A stretch of 64,000 bases of DNA from an uncultured Clostridia bacterium (GTDB lineage: Bacteria; Bacillota; Clostridia; TANB77; CAG-508): NCBI GenBank assembly GCA_947601495.1, contig CANQGE010000001.1, positions 31,731-95,730 of the forward strand, in the 5' to 3' direction. This document shows positions 28,785-38,017 of this stretch, one piece after another. The number at the start of each line of letters is the position of its first letter. The stretch's first letter is position 1. The notes under the pieces were generated by a model. It saw nothing but the letters and a program-made list of their open reading frames with translations. It searched no databases and was not told the DNA's origin. A program made the translations under genes and the position numbers.

Positions 28785-29810
28785 TTATTTTATTAACATT
28801 GCATCTCCGAAACTAAAAAATTTATATTCTTTTTCTACTGCTTCTTTATAAGCCTTCATAATAAAATCTTTTCCAGCTAAGCTAGAAACTAACATTATTA
28901 ATGTAGACTCTGGCAAATGGAAATTTGTTATTAAGCTATCTATGCATTTAAATTTATATCCTGGATAAATAAAAATGCTTGTGTCTGCTTCTATTTCTTC
29001 TACTAATCCGTCTTTATCTGCAACAGATTCTAATACTCTACAAGAGGTTGTTCCTACTGCTACTACTTTTTTTCCTTCAATTTTTGTTTTATTTATTTTA
29101 TCTGCATCTTCTTTTTTTATGTAATAATGTTCAGAATGCATTTTATGCTCTTCAACATTTTCTACTTTTACTGGTCTAAAAGTTCCTATTCCAACATGAA
29201 GAGTTACGTTTGCTATTCTTACACCTTTTTCTTCAATTTTCTTTAATAGTTCTTCAGTAAAATGTAATCCGGCAGTTGGTGCAGCAGCAGAGCCATCATA
29301 TTTAGCATAAACTGTTTGATATTTCTTTTGGTCTTCTTTTGTTGCTTCTGTAATGTATGGTGGAAGTGGCATAAGTCCAACTTGATCTAATATTTCATTA
29401 AAAATTCCTTTATATTCGAATTTAACTTTTCTATTTCCACCTTCTAAAACATCTAAAACAGTAGCTTTTAAAATTCCATCACCAAAATATACTACTGAAT
29501 TTGGTCTTAATTTATTTCCAGGTCTTACCATTGCCTCCCAAATATCGCCATCAATTCTCTTTAATAGTAAAAATTCTACTTGGGCTCCTGTATCTTTTTT
29601 TCCATATAGCCTTGCTGGAATAACTTTTGTGTTATTTATTACTAAGCAATCTCCTGGATTCAAATAATCAATTATATCTTTAAAGACTTTATGCTCTATT
29701 TTATTTTCTTTTTTATCTAGAACCATAAGTCTTGCTTCATCTCTTTTATCATATGGGTGTTGTGCAATTAATTTCTCTGGTAGTTCATAATTAAAGTCTG
29801 AGACTTTCAT
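28785..29810 (-). CDS. queA: S-adenosylmethionine:tRNA ribosyltransferase-isomerase
   Basis: 341 aa; [19 protein letters not shown]..., [10 protein letters not shown] and FFSFGDAM are characteristic of QueA. Confidence 0.97.
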   Translation of the reverse strand: MKVSDFNYELPEKLIAQHPYDKRDEARLMVLDKKENKIEHKVFKDIIDYLNPGDCLVINNTKVIPARLYGKKDTGAQVEFLLLKRIDGDIWEAMVRPGNKLRPNSVVYFGDGILKATVLDVLEGGNRKVKFEYKGIFNEILDQVGLMPLPPYITEATKEDQKKYQTVYAKYDGSAAAPTAGLHFTEELLKKIEEKGVRIANVTLHVGIGTFRPVKVENVEEHKMHSEHYYIKKEDADKINKTKIEGKKVVAVGTTSCRVLESVADKDGLVEEIEADTSIFIYPGYKFKCIDSLITNFHLPESTLIMLVSSLAGKDFIMKAYKEAVEKEYKFFSFGDAMLIK

Positions 29811-29884
29811 TTTAAAATCCTTTCTAAATATTTTTTATTAAATATATTTTTAAATTTATATATAACTTTAAATTTTAATCTTTT

Positions 29885-30086
29885 AATTAGCAAAATTATA
29901 TTATTCAATTAAGTTTTTCCGTTCCAGCTAATTCTTATAGAAATTCTAAAATTATAAAATGCGCCTCTTTCGCTGCTCAAATCTTCGATTTGCCTTCGAA
30001 CATCCCTCATTTTATAATTTAAGAATTTCTATATAAGAATTACTCTCAATCCAAAACTTAATTTCATAATATAAATTTTGCTAATT
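29885..30086. repeat. long-hairpin element D: 202-nt hairpin (two ~30-bp AT stems, internal loop, 46-nt GC-rich tip)
   Basis: Basal stem AATTAGCAAAATTATATTAT..AATTAAGTTTT / AAAACTTAATT..ATAATATAAATTTTGCTAATT. The internal loop is TCCGTTCCAGC vs CTCTCAATCC. Upper stem TAATTCTTATAGAAATTCTAAAATTATAAAATG / CATTTTATAATTTAAGAATTTCTATATAAGAATTA. The tip 29962-30007 is about 50% G+C. Confidence 0.75.
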
Positions 30087-30090
30087 TTAG

Positions 30091-30684
30091 TTAATTTGAA
30101 ATTTTATTAATTATTTCTTCAATTTTCAATCTCAAATCACAATTTTTTGTATTATAAATCACAAAATCTGATTTTTCTATATAAAACTTATCTTCATTTT
30201 GTATATTAAGTCTGCTTTTAGCTGTTTTACTATCAATATTATCTCTTTTGCAAATTCTTTCAATTTTTAAGTTTTCATCTGCAATTAAAGAAATTACAAA
30301 ATCACAATATTTTTGTATTCCAGATTCAAAAAGCAGAGGTGCATCAATTATTACAAATTTAACTTTTGAATCGTTTATATTTTTTATTCTGTTTAATATT
30401 TCATCAACCACAAACTTAAAAGTTAAACTATTTAATTTTTGGCGAGAAGCATCTTCACTATATATTTTATCAGCTAAAGCTTTTCTATTTAAATTGCCAT
30501 CTTTTAGAAAAACTTCTTCACCAAAAGTATTTTTTATTGCTTTTAAATAATCTGTTCCTAAAGTGCTCATTTCTTTAGCGATTTTGTCTGCATCTAAAAC
30601 TACAACATCTTCGCGTTCATTTAAAATTTCACTTAAAGTAGTTTTTCCACTTCCAGAAGTTCCAGTAACTCCAATAATTTTCAA
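30091..30684 (-). CDS. coaE: dephospho-CoA kinase
   Basis: 197 aa with P-loop GVTGTSGSGKTT. TTG start with a GAGGGA RBS. Confidence 0.9.
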   Translation of the reverse strand: MKIIGVTGTSGSGKTTLSEILNEREDVVVLDADKIAKEMSTLGTDYLKAIKNTFGEEVFLKDGNLNRKALADKIYSEDASRQKLNSLTFKFVVDEILNRIKNINDSKVKFVIIDAPLLFESGIQKYCDFVISLIADENLKIERICKRDNIDSKTAKSRLNIQNEDKFYIEKSDFVIYNTKNCDLRLKIEEIINKISN

Positions 30685-30699
30685 AATTTTTCCCTCACT

Positions 30700-31134
30700 T
30701 TATAAAGTTTTTATTGCACTTGTTGCTAAAAAATCACATCTATTATTAAATTCATTATCACTATGACCTTTTACCTTTATGAATTCTACTTCATGCTTTT
30801 TTACTAAACTATAAAGTTCTTCCCAAAGTTCTTTATTTTTTACTAAACTTTTTCCAGATGTTTTCCAATTATTTTTTTCCCAGTTTTCAAGCCACTTTTG
30901 ATTAAAAGCATTAACAACATAAGCACTGTCACTATAAACTTTAACTATGCATTTCTCTTTTAATAATTTTAAAGCTTCTAAAACTGCTGTGATTTCCATT
31001 ATGTTATTAGTTGTTTCTTTGCTTGCTCCAGAAATTTCTTTTTTTACATCATTATATATTAAGATGGCTCCCCATCCTCCAGGGCCTGGGTTTCCAGAGC
31101 ATGCACCATCTGTGTAAATTGTAACTTCTTTCAT
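30700..31134 (-). CDS. rnhA: ribonuclease HI
   Basis: 144 aa; [23 protein letters not shown] and SDSAYV carry the RNase H DEDD residues. Confidence 0.92.
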   Translation of the reverse strand: MKEVTIYTDGACSGNPGPGGWGAILIYNDVKKEISGASKETTNNIMEITAVLEALKLLKEKCIVKVYSDSAYVVNAFNQKWLENWEKNNWKTSGKSLVKNKELWEELYSLVKKHEVEFIKVKGHSDNEFNNRCDFLATSAIKTL

Positions 31135-31251
31135 AAAAATAACCCTTTTATTTTATAATAAATAATATTTATATAATTATTTGTAATTTAAACAAATATG
31201 TGATATTATACCAGTAAATTTAAAATATTACAATATAGGTGGTGATATATT

Positions 31252-32484
31252 TTGGATGGAATTTTAGGAATAGTATCTGAATATAATCCTTTCCATAATG
31301 GACATCTACATCATTTAGAACTTTCTAAAAAAATAACTAAAGCAGCTTTTACTGTTGTTGTTATGAGTGGAAATTTTGTTCAACGTGGCGATACCTCACT
31401 TATAAACAAATGGGTAAAAACAGAAATGGCATTAAAAGCTGGTGTTGACTTAGTAATTGAACTTCCTACAATTTACTCAATTTCTAGTGCTGAAAATTTT
31501 GCTGATGGCGCAGTAAAAATTTTAAATAGTTTGGGAGTTGTAGATTATATTTCTTTTGGAAGTGAAATTGGTGAAATAAGTCCTTTAAATGATGTTGCAA
31601 ATATTTTATATAGAGAGCCTAAAGAATTTTCTTCTTTAATTACTGCTCAATTAAAATCAGGTCTATCTTATCCTAAAGCAAGAGAAATTGCCCTTTCGCA
31701 ATTTTTTGGAAGTTCAAAAATATATTCAGAAATTCTAAACAATCCAAATAATATCTTAGGTGTTGAATATTTAAAATCTTTAAAAAAACACAGAAGTCAC
31801 ATAAGACCACTTACAATAAAAAGAGATTATAATGACTATAATGATAAAACAGAAAAAAGCGGAATCGCAAGTGCTACAGCTATTAGAACAATGATTCAAG
31901 CAGGTAAAAATGTGCATTATGTTGTACCTTATGAAACATACGAACTTTTGGATCAAGAAATAGAAAACGGTAGAATTATTAAAGATTTATCTGTTTTCGA
32001 AAAAGAAATAATTTATACATTAAGAAAAATGACTTTATCTGAAATAGCAAATTTACCAGATGTTTCTGAGGGATTAGAAAATAAAATAAAATTAGCAGCA
32101 AACACATGTAATAACCTTGAAGATTTAATCAAAAAAATAAAATCTAAACGATATACTCAAAGTAGAATTCAACGTATTTTATTATATGCTCTTCTTGAAA
32201 TTTCTCAAAAAGATATGAATTCTTCTAAAAAAGTAAATCCATATATTAGAGTTTTGGGATTTAATAAACATGGAAAAAGAATTATTTCTGCAATAGCAGA
32301 AGCAAATCCAAAACTAAACATTATAGTATCTGTAAAGAAATTTATGGAAAATTCAAATGACAATTCTTTAAGAAATATGATTTCAAAAGATATATTAGCT
32401 ACAAATATTTATACTTTAGGTTACAAAGCAGACCCTATTGCAAACTTAGATTATACTCATAAAGTAATAGAATATAATGAATAG
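31252..32484 (+). CDS. tmcAL: tRNA(Met) cytidine acetate ligase (YlbM/UPF0348 nucleotidyltransferase)
   Basis: 410 aa; N-terminal GIVSEYNPFHNGHLHHL is typical of the family. TTG start after a GGTGGTGA RBS. One of only two plus-strand genes. Confidence 0.85.
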   Translation: MDGILGIVSEYNPFHNGHLHHLELSKKITKAAFTVVVMSGNFVQRGDTSLINKWVKTEMALKAGVDLVIELPTIYSISSAENFADGAVKILNSLGVVDYISFGSEIGEISPLNDVANILYREPKEFSSLITAQLKSGLSYPKAREIALSQFFGSSKIYSEILNNPNNILGVEYLKSLKKHRSHIRPLTIKRDYNDYNDKTEKSGIASATAIRTMIQAGKNVHYVVPYETYELLDQEIENGRIIKDLSVFEKEIIYTLRKMTLSEIANLPDVSEGLENKIKLAANTCNNLEDLIKKIKSKRYTQSRIQRILLYALLEISQKDMNSSKKVNPYIRVLGFNKHGKRIISAIAEANPKLNIIVSVKKFMENSNDNSLRNMISKDILATNIYTLGYKADPIANLDYTHKVIEYNE

Positions 32485-32516
32485 AAGAAGTAATGTTATT
32501 TCATTACTTCTTTTAT
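32485..32516 (+). terminator. terminator hairpin after tmcAL, overlapping the 3' end of convergent spoIIP
   Basis: Perfect 11-bp stem AAGAAGTAATG / CATTACTTCTT (32485-95 / 32502-12) with loop TTATTT, followed by a short T-rich run (TTATT). Confidence 0.6.
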
Positions 32517-33650
32517 TACATTTGCTAAATATTTCATACTGCTATTGCACTGTTCTAAAGTATTTCCTGTTGCTCCAACTTCTATTATGCATGCTCCATT
32601 TGCCACATGCTGATTGTATCTTGAATCTCTTAGTATTATTGGTTTAAAAAAACCCGGATACATTTCATTTGCTTTTTCCTGAATTTTTACTGCCAATTTT
32701 AAATTATTTATCCAGTTTGGATGCTCTAATCCTCCTCCATCACTTCCCATAACAAACATAACTTGAGCTACAACATCATCTCCTATTTGTACACAAGGTG
32801 CATAAGAACTATTATTTCCTAACGCATCTCTATGTAAATCTATTACAAATTCAGTATCATTGTTATTTGCAAGCATACTTTGAATTGTAGATAGTCCTCT
32901 AGTATATGAACCTGTGTATGCTGGATAATCGTGATATGTTGTATTATGAGTTACATTAAATCCAAATTCTGTAAGATAATTTGTAAGTTCAGTTCCAACT
33001 CTTGCCACACTTTTTTCTAAATCTATTGTTCTAAAATTTCCACTAGCGACATAATTGTTTTCTACTGTAGGAGTGTAACTTTCACAAGTATGTGTATGAT
33101 AAATTATAATGTTCTTTTTATTTGAAAAATCTATATTTGGATTTAGCATTTCTTGTGTAAGTGGATATTTAGATTCATTCTTTATTTTCACACTATTATA
33201 TGTATCTGTAAACTTATCAATTTTGTTATTGTCATCTATAACTTTTGTTGGGAGTAAGACATTTTCTAAATCATTTAAACTACTATTGTTTAAATTACTA
33301 TCACCATTTGTTTTGCCTAAATTAACATTATTCTCTTGGATTTCTGAATCCACTTGCTTTTCTTCTGAATTCAAAATTTTAATTTCTGACATTAACAATT
33401 TTTTAAATACACTTACATTTTCATTTTTAGTTTGTTCGTTTGAAAAAGATTTAGAAATTATAAGTGTATTATCTAATATTTTTTCTACGCCAAAATTAGA
33501 AAAATATTTTTCTTTAACAGCTGAAATATTTTTTGTAGTTTTAACTGCTCCTATAACTTTCCATAACACAAATAAAATAATTAAAAGTACTATACATTTT
33601 TTTATGAACTTAATTATATCTTTTAGGTTTATAACAGCTAAATTAATCAT
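32496..33650 (-). CDS. spoIIP: stage II sporulation protein P
   Basis: Has the SpoIIP signature IIIYHTHTCESY and DLHRDA. I prefer the ATG at 33650 (MINLAV..., GAGGA RBS) over the GTG at 33662. Confidence 0.88.
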   Translation of the reverse strand: MINLAVINLKDIIKFIKKCIVLLIILFVLWKVIGAVKTTKNISAVKEKYFSNFGVEKILDNTLIISKSFSNEQTKNENVSVFKKLLMSEIKILNSEEKQVDSEIQENNVNLGKTNGDSNLNNSSLNDLENVLLPTKVIDDNNKIDKFTDTYNSVKIKNESKYPLTQEMLNPNIDFSNKKNIIIYHTHTCESYTPTVENNYVASGNFRTIDLEKSVARVGTELTNYLTEFGFNVTHNTTYHDYPAYTGSYTRGLSTIQSMLANNNDTEFVIDLHRDALGNNSSYAPCVQIGDDVVAQVMFVMGSDGGGLEHPNWINNLKLAVKIQEKANEMYPGFFKPIILRDSRYNQHVANGACIIEVGATGNTLEQCNSSMKYLANVIKEVMK

Positions 33651-33712
33651 ATTTTTCCTCACTTACAAACAAGTATATTAATTTGAAATACAAATTATTA
33701 CTTAATTTAAAT

Positions 33713-33752
33713 TAAAAATGAACTTAAAATATTTCTAATATTCTAAGTTCAT
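33713..33752 (-). terminator. rho-independent terminator after hisS
   Basis: 14-bp stem GAACTTAAAATATT / AATATTCTAAGTTC (one mismatch) followed by UUUUU on the minus strand. Confidence 0.65.
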
Positions 33753-33828
33753 CTTCTATTTTAATTGTATTTTACTTTTCTATTAATATAATTAATTTAG
33801 CTGTTGTTTAATCTTTATTTTAAGAAGT

Positions 33829-35067
33829 TTATTTTTCTATAGCTTTAATAATTTCTTCAAGATTTAAGCTTATTTCGCTTTCTACACCAGTTTTCATTTC
33901 CTTAATTTTTGCTTTTCCTGATTGTAGTTCATTTTCACCTATAACTAAAAGATATCTTGCATTTATTTTATTTGAATATTTCATTTGTGAGCCAAAGCTT
34001 CTTTCACAAATATCTTTTTCAATTATATATCCTTTGCTTCTTAATTCTTGAGATAACTCTAAAGCTTTTTGATTTTCATTTTGTCCTGCTGACAAAATAT
34101 ATAAATCTGGCTTTTTATCTTCTTCTTCATTTTTATACATTTCCATAAGTCTTTCAACTCCAAGTGCAAATCCTATTGCTGAAGTTTTAGGACCACCAAG
34201 TTCTTGAACTAACTCATCATATCTTCCACCACCTAAAACAGTAAGAGATGTGGTTTCATCTATAAATTCAAAAACAGTTTTTGTGTAGTAATCTAGTCCT
34301 CTAACAATACTACTATTTATTTCATAATCTAATTTTAAATTTTTAAGAGTTTCTTGAACATTTTCAAAATGTTCTTTACATTCTTCACACAAATAATCTA
34401 TCATTTTAGGAGCATTTATGTTTAGTTCTTTACACTTTCTTTCTTTGCAATCTAAAATTCTCATTGGATTTTTTTCAAATCTGCTTTTACAAGTATCACA
34501 ATATTGTTCTAAATTTTTTCCTATAAATTCTTTTAGAACTTTTTGATATTCTTGTCTACATTTTGGGCATCCTATACTATTTAATGTTAGTTTTATATTT
34601 GGTATGTTTAGCTTTTTAAATATTTCATTTGCCATTAAAATTATTTCTACATCTGCTAAATAACTACTGCTACCTATTATTTCTGCACCAATTTGATGAA
34701 ATTCTCTTAGTCTTCCTTTTTGTACATTTTCATATCTATACATAGCCATATTGTACCAAAGTTTTGTTGGACTTGGCATGCTTCCCATTCCATTTTCCAA
34801 ATAAGCTCTAATAACTCCTGCAGTACCTTCTGGTCTTAATGTTATACTTCTACCACCTTTATCTTCAAAAGTGTACATTTCTTTTTGAACAACATCTGTT
34901 GTTTCTCCAACACTTCTTTGAAACAATTCTGTATGTTCAAAAACTGGAACTCTTATTTCTTTAAAATTATAGCTGTCAAATATTTTTTTCAATTTATTTT
35001 CTACTTCTTGCCATTTAAAAGATTCTTCTGGCAATAAGTCTTTAGTTCCCTTTGGTTTTTGTATCAT
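33829..35067 (-). CDS. hisS: histidyl-tRNA synthetase
   Basis: 412 aa with class II motifs (LRPEGTAG, REFHQIG, GGGRYD) and an anticodon-binding C-terminus. Confidence 0.96.
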   Translation of the reverse strand: MIQKPKGTKDLLPEESFKWQEVENKLKKIFDSYNFKEIRVPVFEHTELFQRSVGETTDVVQKEMYTFEDKGGRSITLRPEGTAGVIRAYLENGMGSMPSPTKLWYNMAMYRYENVQKGRLREFHQIGAEIIGSSSYLADVEIILMANEIFKKLNIPNIKLTLNSIGCPKCRQEYQKVLKEFIGKNLEQYCDTCKSRFEKNPMRILDCKERKCKELNINAPKMIDYLCEECKEHFENVQETLKNLKLDYEINSSIVRGLDYYTKTVFEFIDETTSLTVLGGGRYDELVQELGGPKTSAIGFALGVERLMEMYKNEEEDKKPDLYILSAGQNENQKALELSQELRSKGYIIEKDICERSFGSQMKYSNKINARYLLVIGENELQSGKAKIKEMKTGVESEISLNLEEIIKAIEK

Positions 35068-35138
35068 TTCTTTCTCCCATCATTATAAATTTTTTATTGT
35101 TTAATTTTATGTTATTCATTATATAGTCTTTTAAATTT

Positions 35139-35789
35139 CTAAAAATCTTTTGGTTTTAATTCTAAATATATGTTTCTTTCATCTTGTATCATTGTAATTT
35201 TACCATGTCCTGGATATACAATTGTTTCATCTGGAAGTGGCATTAATTTATTAGTTATTGAATCTATAATTTCTGCAAAACTTCCAGTTGGAAGGTCTGT
35301 TCTTCCCCATGTTCCAGAAAATAATGTATCTCCTGTAAAAACAAGTCCTTGTTTTTCAGAATATAAACTTAGTCCTCCTTTTGTGTGTCCTGGTGTTGCT
35401 ATAACTTTGAATTCTATGTTTCCTACATGAATTAAATCTTCATCATCAACACGAGAATCTGCCTCTAATTCAGGCTTTTCCATTCCTATGTAACTTGCTA
35501 AATTTATACTATCATCAAATAATCCTTCACTATCTTCTCTACTAACAAGAACTTTTCCACCTTTTAATCTTTTAAGTTCTTGAGCTCCACCTATATGGTC
35601 TGCATGGCAGTGAGTTAAAAATATATATTTTAAATTAGCTTGCAATACATCTAAAGTTTCTGCTATTTTTTCTGGTTCTCCTCCTGGGTCTACAACCATT
35701 GCTTCTTTTGTTTCTTCATCACAAACAATATAGCAATTTGTAAGTATATCTTTTTGTTTTGTTTGTACATGTAATCTTTTTAATAACAT
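35139..35789 (-). CDS. MBL-fold metallo-hydrolase
   Basis: 216 aa with the HxHxDH motif (THCHADHIGG), a downstream His (TPGHTKG) and Asp (TGDTLF). Confidence 0.85.
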   Translation of the reverse strand: MLLKRLHVQTKQKDILTNCYIVCDEETKEAMVVDPGGEPEKIAETLDVLQANLKYIFLTHCHADHIGGAQELKRLKGGKVLVSREDSEGLFDDSINLASYIGMEKPELEADSRVDDEDLIHVGNIEFKVIATPGHTKGGLSLYSEKQGLVFTGDTLFSGTWGRTDLPTGSFAEIIDSITNKLMPLPDETIVYPGHGKITMIQDERNIYLELKPKDF

Positions 35790-35800
35790 TTGTATTCTCC

Positions 35801-37999
35801 TTATCCTCTTTTTCTATTAACTTCATAAACGTTTTCAATATTTTTAAATGCAACTAATAGTTTGTTTAAGTTGTCTATATTTTCAACCTCAAGAGAAACA
35901 TTAATAATAGCAATGTTTTCTTTTGTAGTTCTCGTATTAACTCCCATAAGTTTTACTTTATAATTTTCAATTTGCTTTATAATATCTCTTAATAATCCAC
36001 TTCTATCTGTTGCTAAAATTTCTATTTCAACTTTGTAAATTCCATTTACATCATCAAACCAATATACATCTATCATTCTGTCTTCTTCATTAAATAAGTC
36101 TTTTACATTAGGGCAATCTGTACGATGAACTGAAACTCCTCTACCTTTTGTAATATATCCTATTATATCGTCTCCTGGCAAAGGGTTACAGCATTTTGAA
36201 AGTTTTACTAAGCAGTTATCTATTCCTTTTACAACAACACCTGTTTTTGAAGGTCTACTAACAAATGTTTTTGTTTTAGATAGCTCTTCTATTTTTTGCT
36301 CAAAATCTTCATCTTCGTGCTCTTTTCTATATTCATCAAGAAGTCTTGCCATAAGTTTATTTACAGAGATTCCACCAAAACCAATGCTAGCATATAAATC
36401 ATCTACTGTTTGGAATTTGTATCTTTCTAATACCAAATTAATCCATTCTGGCTTTACTAAATCAGAATATTTTATTCCTATTTTCTTAACTTCTTTATCA
36501 ACAATGTCTTTTCCTCTTTCAATGTTTTCAGCTCTTTGAGCTTTTTTAAACCATTGATTAATTCTTGTTTTAGCAGAAGAACTTTTTACAAATTTTATCC
36601 AGTCTCTACTTGGTCCTTTAGATTGCTCTGAAGTAATTATTTCTACTATATCTCCATTTCTAAGAGGAGTTATAATAGGCATCATTTTACTATTTATTTT
36701 GCAACCTACCATTTTATGTCCTATTTGTTCATGTATGCTGTATGCAAAATCTATTGGAGTAGCTCCTTTTGGTAAAACTTTAATCATTCCTTTTGGTGTA
36801 AAAATATATACTTCATCTTCAAACAACTCTGTTTTTAATGTGTTTAAAAATTCATCTGGATTTTCAGTATTTTTCTGCCACTCTAAAGTTTCACGAAGCC
36901 AAGCTAATTTATCATCTGTAACAACTACAGATTCTTTAGTTCCTTTATTGCTTGCTTCTTTATAAGCCCAGTGAGCCGCTATACCAAACTCTGCTGTTCT
37001 ATGCATGTCCCAAGTACGTATTTGAACTTCAAATGGAGTTCCTTTTGGTCCTAAAAGAGTTGTATGTATAGATTGATACATATTTTTCTTAGGAACAGCA
37101 ATATAATCTTTAAACCTTCCTGGCATAGGTGTATACATTTCATGCACAATTCCAAGCACAGCATAACAATCTTTTACAGTATCTACTAGTATTCTTAAAG
37201 CAAATAAATCATAAATTTGATCTAGTGTTTTATTATCTCTTTTCATTTTTCTATAAATACTATATAAGTGTTTTGCTCTACCTGTTACATCTGCTTTAAT
37301 TCCTTGATTTTTGATTTCTTCTTTTAAATCTGACTGTATTTTTTCTAGGAATTTTAGTCTTTCTTCTCTTTTTTTATCTAGTCCATTAACAATTTCATGA
37401 TACTCATCTGGATGTAAATATTTAAAACTTAAATCTTCTAATTCCCATTTTAAAGAATAAATACCTAGTCTATTTGCAAGAGGTGCATATAAATCTTGTG
37501 TTTCTTGTGCATTTGCAATTTGTCTGTCTCTAGGCAAATATTTTAAAGTTCTCATATTGTGAAGTCTATCTGCTAGTTTTATTAATATAACTCGTATATC
37601 TTTTCCCATTGCAAGAAACATTTTTCTATAATTTTCAACTTGCTCTTCTTCTCTAGTTGTATATCTTAAAGTTCCAAGTTTTGTAACACCTGAAACCATT
37701 TCAGAAATAGTTTCTCCAAATTCATTTTTTAAATCTTCTTGAGTTATACCAGTATCTTCTACAACATCATGTAAAAGAGCAGCACATAAAGTTTCATCAT
37801 CTAATTCTAGAGTAGATAATATGTATGCAACATTTAAAGGGTGAATCATATATGGTTCACCAGACCTTCTAAGTTGTTCCCCATGATTTTTCTTAGCAAA
37901 TTCATAAGCTCTTCTTATAAGATCTTCATTTACATTTGCATAATTTTCTTTTTGTTTTTCAATTATATCATCTATTGTTATTTGCTTAGTTTCAGACAT
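35801..37999 (-). CDS. relA: bifunctional (p)ppGpp synthetase/hydrolase (RSH)
   Basis: 732 aa with an HD hydrolase domain (HDVVEDT), a synthetase domain (GRAKHLYSIYRKM, YQSIHT), and TGS and ACT C-terminal domains. Confidence 0.95.
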   Translation of the reverse strand: MSETKQITIDDIIEKQKENYANVNEDLIRRAYEFAKKNHGEQLRRSGEPYMIHPLNVAYILSTLELDDETLCAALLHDVVEDTGITQEDLKNEFGETISEMVSGVTKLGTLRYTTREEEQVENYRKMFLAMGKDIRVILIKLADRLHNMRTLKYLPRDRQIANAQETQDLYAPLANRLGIYSLKWELEDLSFKYLHPDEYHEIVNGLDKKREERLKFLEKIQSDLKEEIKNQGIKADVTGRAKHLYSIYRKMKRDNKTLDQIYDLFALRILVDTVKDCYAVLGIVHEMYTPMPGRFKDYIAVPKKNMYQSIHTTLLGPKGTPFEVQIRTWDMHRTAEFGIAAHWAYKEASNKGTKESVVVTDDKLAWLRETLEWQKNTENPDEFLNTLKTELFEDEVYIFTPKGMIKVLPKGATPIDFAYSIHEQIGHKMVGCKINSKMMPIITPLRNGDIVEIITSEQSKGPSRDWIKFVKSSSAKTRINQWFKKAQRAENIERGKDIVDKEVKKIGIKYSDLVKPEWINLVLERYKFQTVDDLYASIGFGGISVNKLMARLLDEYRKEHEDEDFEQKIEELSKTKTFVSRPSKTGVVVKGIDNCLVKLSKCCNPLPGDDIIGYITKGRGVSVHRTDCPNVKDLFNEEDRMIDVYWFDDVNGIYKVEIEILATDRSGLLRDIIKQIENYKVKLMGVNTRTTKENIAIINVSLEVENIDNLNKLLVAFKNIENVYEVNRKRG

Positions 38000-38017
38000 T
38001 TTAAATCCCCTTTTAGT

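Noticed and set aside
29885-30086. Element D as the 6S RNA gene (closing stem, central bubble, terminal stem, about 200 nt).
   Set aside because: Three other elements with the same overall design occur nearby, and they cannot all be 6S. The bubble is small and nearly symmetric, the 46-nt open tip is atypical, and I cannot verify the conserved 6S features by eye. It should still be tested with the Rfam model.
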